From contig CAZESB010000005.1 in assembly GCA_964515115.1 (NCBI GenBank), forward strand, positions 1-46,662: a DNA stretch of 46,662 nucleotides, in the 5' to 3' direction. This stretch comes from an uncultured Pseudomonadales bacterium (GTDB lineage Bacteria; Patescibacteriota; Microgenomatia; UBA1400; PJMF01). A program made the position numbers and the translations under genes. A model generated the notes under the pieces. The model worked only from the letters and a program-made list of their open reading frames with translations. It had not been told where the DNA came from and did no database searches. Below are positions 42,840-46,662 of the stretch, in pieces. Positions within the stretch are counted from its first letter, which is position 1. Each line of letters opens with the position of its first letter.

Positions 42840-43122
42840 ACTTTTCTTATATTTTGACTATATAAGATTATATAAGAAAATACAAGCTCATTTTCAAAAG
42901 ACGTCACTAAATACTTTTCGAAAATGCATAACGAAGTTCTCTATCTGAGCTCTCAACTTTGCAATAAATAGTCAAAAATCTATCATCATTTTCTACTCTG
43001 AAGAGAGTGCTTGGATTTAAAAAATACAGAAAAATCGTTTGATGAGAAAAAAGGTCGGCTCGAACCTAAAAATAGCTTGATAACAAGGGATAATCAGGCT
43101 TTTTCGCCTGCTCATTCCCGTT

Positions 43123-43197
43123 TGGAGCGGGAAACGGGGTTCGAACCCGCGACCTCCTCCTTGGCAAGGAGGCGCTCTACCACTGAGCTATTCCCGC
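43123..43197 (-). tRNA. tRNA-Gly (anticodon GCC), CCA encoded
   Basis: Reverse complement is gcgggaa-ta-gctc-agtggta-gagc-g-cctcc-tTGCCaa-ggagg-aggtc-gcggg-ttcgaac-cccgt-ttcccgc-t-cca. Confidence 0.9.
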
Positions 43198-43324
43198 GAA
43201 CTTACATTTACTTGTTAAGCAAGGCATATTGTACACAGCAATCTCAAAATTGTGAAGCGTTTAGCACTGATTGCAAACGCCCGTCATCCCAGCTTTCACC
43301 TACACTAGTGTATAATTCCCCCAT

Positions 43325-43483
43325 ATGATAAATTCATCTTTTCTGAACACTCCGGAATTCAAGCGCGCCAGCACCAATGCCGCCGACAGCTTCGTCAAAA
43401 CTTTTTTCAAGTGGCTTGGCATCGGCATTGCCAGTATTGCCAATTTCATCAAATCGATGATCATGATGGCGATTGGAAAATAA
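43325..43483 (+). CDS. possible small membrane peptide (52 aa)
   Basis: ATG ORF not in the supplied track (<60 aa): MINSSFLNTPEFKRASTNAADSFVKTFFKWLGIGIASIANFIKSMIMMAIGK, with one hydrophobic helix. Its stop lies 3 nt before the next ATG. Coding status is unproven. Confidence 0.3.
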   Translation: MINSSFLNTPEFKRASTNAADSFVKTFFKWLGIGIASIANFIKSMIMMAIGK

Positions 43484-43486
43484 AAT

Positions 43487-43843
43487 ATGTCTCCACAAAA
43501 TTCCGAAAGAGAAATTTGTAGTGAAGCTATTTCAAAATTTGAAATCCGTTTTGGGACTGTCTATGAACCAGCAGATTATCCCGACTCACGCTATGTCGTC
43601 GTTGACTTAGGAAGGGATTGCTTCTTTGGTGCTTCTTGGGTGTATCAAGATAGTCAGGGTAAAACTCGTTTATCTATACCCGGAACACACTATACAGGAC
43701 GTATTGGAGAGATTGTAGGTTTTATGACACTTGAAGAAATGCTGGCTGCAGCAAAAAACAGTGGTTGGCAAAGCAAAGAAATGGAAGAACTTTTTCGAAC
43801 TGAAGCGGAAAAACCATCCAGATTTTTAACAGAAGAAATTTAA
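43487..43843 (+). CDS. hypothetical protein
   Basis: ATG ORF of 118 aa with no recognisable motif. Confidence 0.5.
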   Translation: MSPQNSEREICSEAISKFEIRFGTVYEPADYPDSRYVVVDLGRDCFFGASWVYQDSQGKTRLSIPGTHYTGRIGEIVGFMTLEEMLAAAKNSGWQSKEMEELFRTEAEKPSRFLTEEI

Positions 43844-43848
43844 CCTTC

Positions 43849-45033
43849 TTAATGCTTTGAAGCTTTATTAGTCAGAGCCGCAATCATCTTCACCCCGGAA
43901 AAATAAACTAACATCAGTGCGAGCAGTAGAATAGCAAAATAGTGAGAAAACCACCTCACTCCCAAAATATCCATCTGCGCGCCAATCACTCCAGCTAAAA
44001 TCACATATGGAATTTTCCGCAAAAGTTCATATGAAGATATAGTCACAGCCCGAATACGTGAGGGAGTGTTGTGGTTCAAAAGTTCAGATACCGCACTTTG
44101 TCTGAGGGGACTGTAAAACACACGCATAAAGAAGAGCGCCACCCAAACAAGAGCAGGAATCCAGGGTGAGAAAATGTAGTTAATGATTATAAAAATCGCA
44201 CTTGCAGCAATAATATTTTCAAGTTTAAATTTCCGAGAAAATCGCTCATATAAATAGCTGGCAGGTATGGCAATTAGCGTCGCTCCGGCATAAATCAAGC
44301 CAATTTGGGTGCTGTTAAAACCCCAATCAACTACAGCTGCGTCATCAAGAATTTCATACTCAACCACCATAAAAGCTCCAATAATAAACAGGAGTAGAGT
44401 GCTTTTGATCATTGAGGGCTGAAAAAGCTGACGCAAGCCTTGGGAATTTTGTTTGATAAAGTTGCGCAAAGAAAAGACCTCGGTATCGACAGGTGGCTCC
44501 ACCAACCAAAGTGACACCACCAAACCAACAAGTCGGAAAACACCACTCATCACAAAGGGCATGAGCGGCCAAACCGCAAACATCAATCCGCCCGCAATGC
44601 TCGCAAAAGCAATGCCGCCATTTTCGAAGCGCTGCATTTTAGAAATTACCTTTGGATATTCATTCTCTTTACCCTCTGTTACCAGATTGTCATACATAAA
44701 AGCTTCCATGGCACCGGAATAAAAGCTGTAACCCAAATTCACCATCACCCAGATGAACACAAATTGCGGGAAAGTATCGGCAAACACCCAGGAAAACTCA
44801 GCAATTGCGGTAAATAGAAAAGATAAAATGAGCGTTTTTTTCTTGCCGATCAGGTCTGACAGTGCGCCGGTGGGCAACTCAGCAACAACCGATGTTACTA
44901 AACCGATTGCTTGCAACAGTGCTGCTTGACTTAAATCAAGAAAATTAAGTAAATACAAAAGCCAAGGTGCATACCAAAAATAGGTGCTGTAAAGCGCCAC
45001 CAAAATGTAACCAAGCTTAAGATTTTTGTGCAT
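43849..45033 (-). CDS. MFS transporter
   Basis: Twelve-TM pattern with the MFS loop motif GALSDLIGKKKT between TM2 and TM3. I prefer the ATG at 45033. Confidence 0.8.
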   Translation of the reverse strand: MHKNLKLGYILVALYSTYFWYAPWLLYLLNFLDLSQAALLQAIGLVTSVVAELPTGALSDLIGKKKTLILSFLFTAIAEFSWVFADTFPQFVFIWVMVNLGYSFYSGAMEAFMYDNLVTEGKENEYPKVISKMQRFENGGIAFASIAGGLMFAVWPLMPFVMSGVFRLVGLVVSLWLVEPPVDTEVFSLRNFIKQNSQGLRQLFQPSMIKSTLLLFIIGAFMVVEYEILDDAAVVDWGFNSTQIGLIYAGATLIAIPASYLYERFSRKFKLENIIAASAIFIIINYIFSPWIPALVWVALFFMRVFYSPLRQSAVSELLNHNTPSRIRAVTISSYELLRKIPYVILAGVIGAQMDILGVRWFSHYFAILLLALMLVYFSGVKMIAALTNKASKH

Positions 45034-45124
45034 AGTGAAATAGGCAATAGCAGTATTATAGGTGAAACTTTCTTTCCTCACACAAGCAATCACCTTCACC
45101 CCAGCAATGCTACAATGCTTTCAC

Positions 45125-45940
45125 ATGATTAAAAGGATAGTCAAAAAATTGGCATTGCCGCTCGTGTTCATACTGGCATTTTCTGCTCTTGTTTCTTTTT
45201 ACTATTTTGGCAACGAAAACAACAGCGCCGCTATTAGCACTATTACCAAACCTACAACCAAACACCAAGAGAAAAAAAGTCCTACTAAAATTAATCTCCC
45301 AATTATCATGCCAGTTGCCACAACACCGCCAACTCCAAATTCAAAACCTACTAAACCCGACCCACCTCCGGGCACTAAATTAACCAGGGCCTCAATTTTT
45401 TGGGTTGGCGAGGCAGCAGACGAAAGCAATGCCTTTATTCCCAACGATAAAAGTGCCTGGGATACCCAGTGGCAAGAACGCTACGGTGGTATAGATTCTC
45501 CGGATGATCGCTGCAGCTATCACCCCTGCGCTTTCACCCCCCAAGAAAACCCTTTTTATTTTGCGCTGCCATACAATGACCTTGATGCTAGGGGTCAAAG
45601 AAAAGCTTCAGCAGAGAAGATTCCTTGGTTTCAAAGTTATCAAAACGAAAAAACTGTCCTCAAAAACCGCTGGGTATCAATCACCTTTGAGGGCACAACC
45701 TGCTATGCTCAATGGCAAGATGTTGGGCCGCTGAAAACAGATGATTTTGCTTATGTCTTTGGCAATGGCCAACCCACCAATACCTTTGGGGTTAAGGCCG
45801 GGATAGATGTTTCACCAGCGGTGCGGGACTGCTTGGGTATGAGAACCAATGAAATAGTAGCGTGGAAATTTGTTGCCGATCACCAAGTTCCCCCAGGTCC
45901 CTGGAAAGAAATTGTTACTTCGTCGGCAGTTCATTGGTAA
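45125..45940 (+). CDS. secreted/anchored protein of unknown function
   Basis: N-terminal signal/anchor (KKLALPLVFILAFSALVSFYYF), a Pro/Thr-rich linker, then a conserved-looking globular domain (IFWVGEAADESNAF...NPFYFALPYNDL...WQDVGP...GIDVSPAV). A double-psi beta-barrel-like fold is only a guess. TGcTACAAT lies 8 nt upstream. Confidence 0.55.
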   Translation: MIKRIVKKLALPLVFILAFSALVSFYYFGNENNSAAISTITKPTTKHQEKKSPTKINLPIIMPVATTPPTPNSKPTKPDPPPGTKLTRASIFWVGEAADESNAFIPNDKSAWDTQWQERYGGIDSPDDRCSYHPCAFTPQENPFYFALPYNDLDARGQRKASAEKIPWFQSYQNEKTVLKNRWVSITFEGTTCYAQWQDVGPLKTDDFAYVFGNGQPTNTFGVKAGIDVSPAVRDCLGMRTNEIVAWKFVADHQVPPGPWKEIVTSSAVHW

Positions 45941-46662
45941 CTAGGTTATGGCCAAAACTAAGGTGGTGCAAGTTCGCGTCACCACGTTTGAGCACTTTAT
46001 TCCAAAGCATCTCGCTCCCCTCAAGAGCCCTGACAATGCTGGTAAACACCACATAAAAAATCACGCTTCGATAAAATATCCGCTGGAGTGGCAGCCAGAG
46101 TAAAAGTCGGCGTTTTTGGTCTTCTTTTACAAAAGCAAGGAGGGCATAAATAAGATCTATCAGAATAAAGATAGCAAAAAGAAACCAGAGTTGATTAAAG
46201 AAATTAAAGGCCAGCCAACTCAAGAATAAGACATCCATCAGCGGGTAGAGAAGTGGCAAAAAGAGAGTGAAAATCATAGTGTTAGGCAGTACTATCAAAC
46301 CCAAACTATTCAGCCGAAGCGAAAAGAGGTGCGAGCGATACTTAATCAGACACTGAATGGTACCAAAAATCCAGCGGGTGCGCTGTCTGATAAAATCCCG
46401 GAACCGAAAAGGTGTTTCTGTGTAAGCTACTGCTTCTGGTTCATAAATAACTTTTTTGCCACTCGCAAGCATGGCGAGAGTCATATCCTGATCCTCAACC
46501 AAAGTATCACTCGAATAACCGCCAAGCTTGATTAGATCAGCTTTCCGCCAAGCCCCTACCGGGCCAGGAACAACACCGACAGCATTGAGATAGCTAAAGG
46601 CTTTTTTATCAATATTTTGCGAGATAACGTACTCAAGGTGTTGGAATTTGCTAAAAATACTG
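45915..46662 (-). CDS. processive family-2 glycosyltransferase (cellulose/chitin/PNAG-synthase-like), N-terminus outside the window
   Basis: The frame stays open to the window edge: ...FQHLEYVISQN...VVPGPVGAWRKADLIKLGGYSSDTLVEDQDMTL...IRQRTRWIFG (ED and Q(R/Q)xRW motifs), followed by C-terminal TM helices. The 3' end overlaps the convergent gene by 26 nt. Confidence 0.8.
   Translation of the reverse strand, partial: SIFSKFQHLEYVISQNIDKKAFSYLNAVGVVPGPVGAWRKADLIKLGGYSSDTLVEDQDMTLAMLASGKKVIYEPEAVAYTETPFRFRDFIRQRTRWIFGTIQCLIKYRSHLFSLRLNSLGLIVLPNTMIFTLFLPLLYPLMDVLFLSWLAFNFFNQLWFLFAIFILIDLIYALLAFVKEDQKRRLLLWLPLQRIFYRSVIFYVVFTSIVRALEGSEMLWNKVLKRGDANLHHLSFGHNLVTNELPTK

Noticed and set aside
43045-43100. 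Partial tRNA copy (ggtcggctcgaacc) as an att site beside tRNA-Gly(GCC)
   Set aside because: It resembles the T-arm (ggggttcgaacc) in only 9-10 nt and lacks an adjoining acceptor-stem match, which is insufficient to call an att repeat. A proper alignment against the whole islet boundary near 40050 is needed.
1-46662. CRISPR array, rRNA genes, IS elements with transposase
   Set aside because: I saw no short regularly spaced direct repeats with unique spacers, no rRNA-like conserved stretches, and no ORF with transposase or integrase motifs on reading the window.
1-46662. Alternative genetic code (UGA recoding, as in some CPR lineages)
   Set aside because: Conserved genes end at TGA at the expected C-terminus, for example enolase at 12594-12596. 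All long conserved ORFs are intact under code 11. The single in-frame TAG in the Ham1 gene is an isolated case.

Overview
This is a 46.7-kb chromosomal window from a compact, tightly packed bacterial genome. Standard code 11 applies, because TGA terminates conserved genes such as enolase. The gene content suggests a Patescibacteria/CPR-like organism, by inference only: a bacterial Elp3, an archaeal-type PPAT/DPCK fusion, a secreted SNase nuclease and few biosynthetic genes. I call about 50 CDS, 7 tRNA genes, 1 probable pseudogene, a few promoters and terminators, and no rRNA or CRISPR. The housekeeping backbone (about 7.8-46.6 kb) carries mgtE, eno, efp/epmA, cmk, rarA, recQ, elp3, a VKOR-pyrD fusion, a histidine kinase, otsA/B, a PQQ sugar dehydrogenase, an MPG glycosylase and a partial GT2 synthase. 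The most unusual region is the AT-rich first ~7.1 kb. Downstream of tRNA-His, unrelated accessory genes all point the same way, and each unit is separated from the next by a same-orientation ~125-bp repeat present in 5 copies. The units are ANT(6), Nudix, metallophosphoesterase plus cupin, a killer/antidote TA pair, VOC/PhnB, and an HEXXH protein. The layout looks like an integron cassette array, but I cannot find attC-type symmetry in the repeat. Its right edge instead resembles the 3' end and flank of tRNA-His, and no recombinase lies in the window. Other points of interest are listed here.
- A VKOR-DHODH fusion.
- A divergent Elp3/Trm9-like pair.
- A translationally coupled Fic-nucleotidyltransferase-membrane operon beside tRNA-Gly.
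- An AT-rich transglutaminase-like ORFan beside a tRNA cluster.
- A Ham1 gene with an in-frame TAG.
- A recurrent -10 box 6-8 nt upstream of start codons, suggesting leaderless expression.
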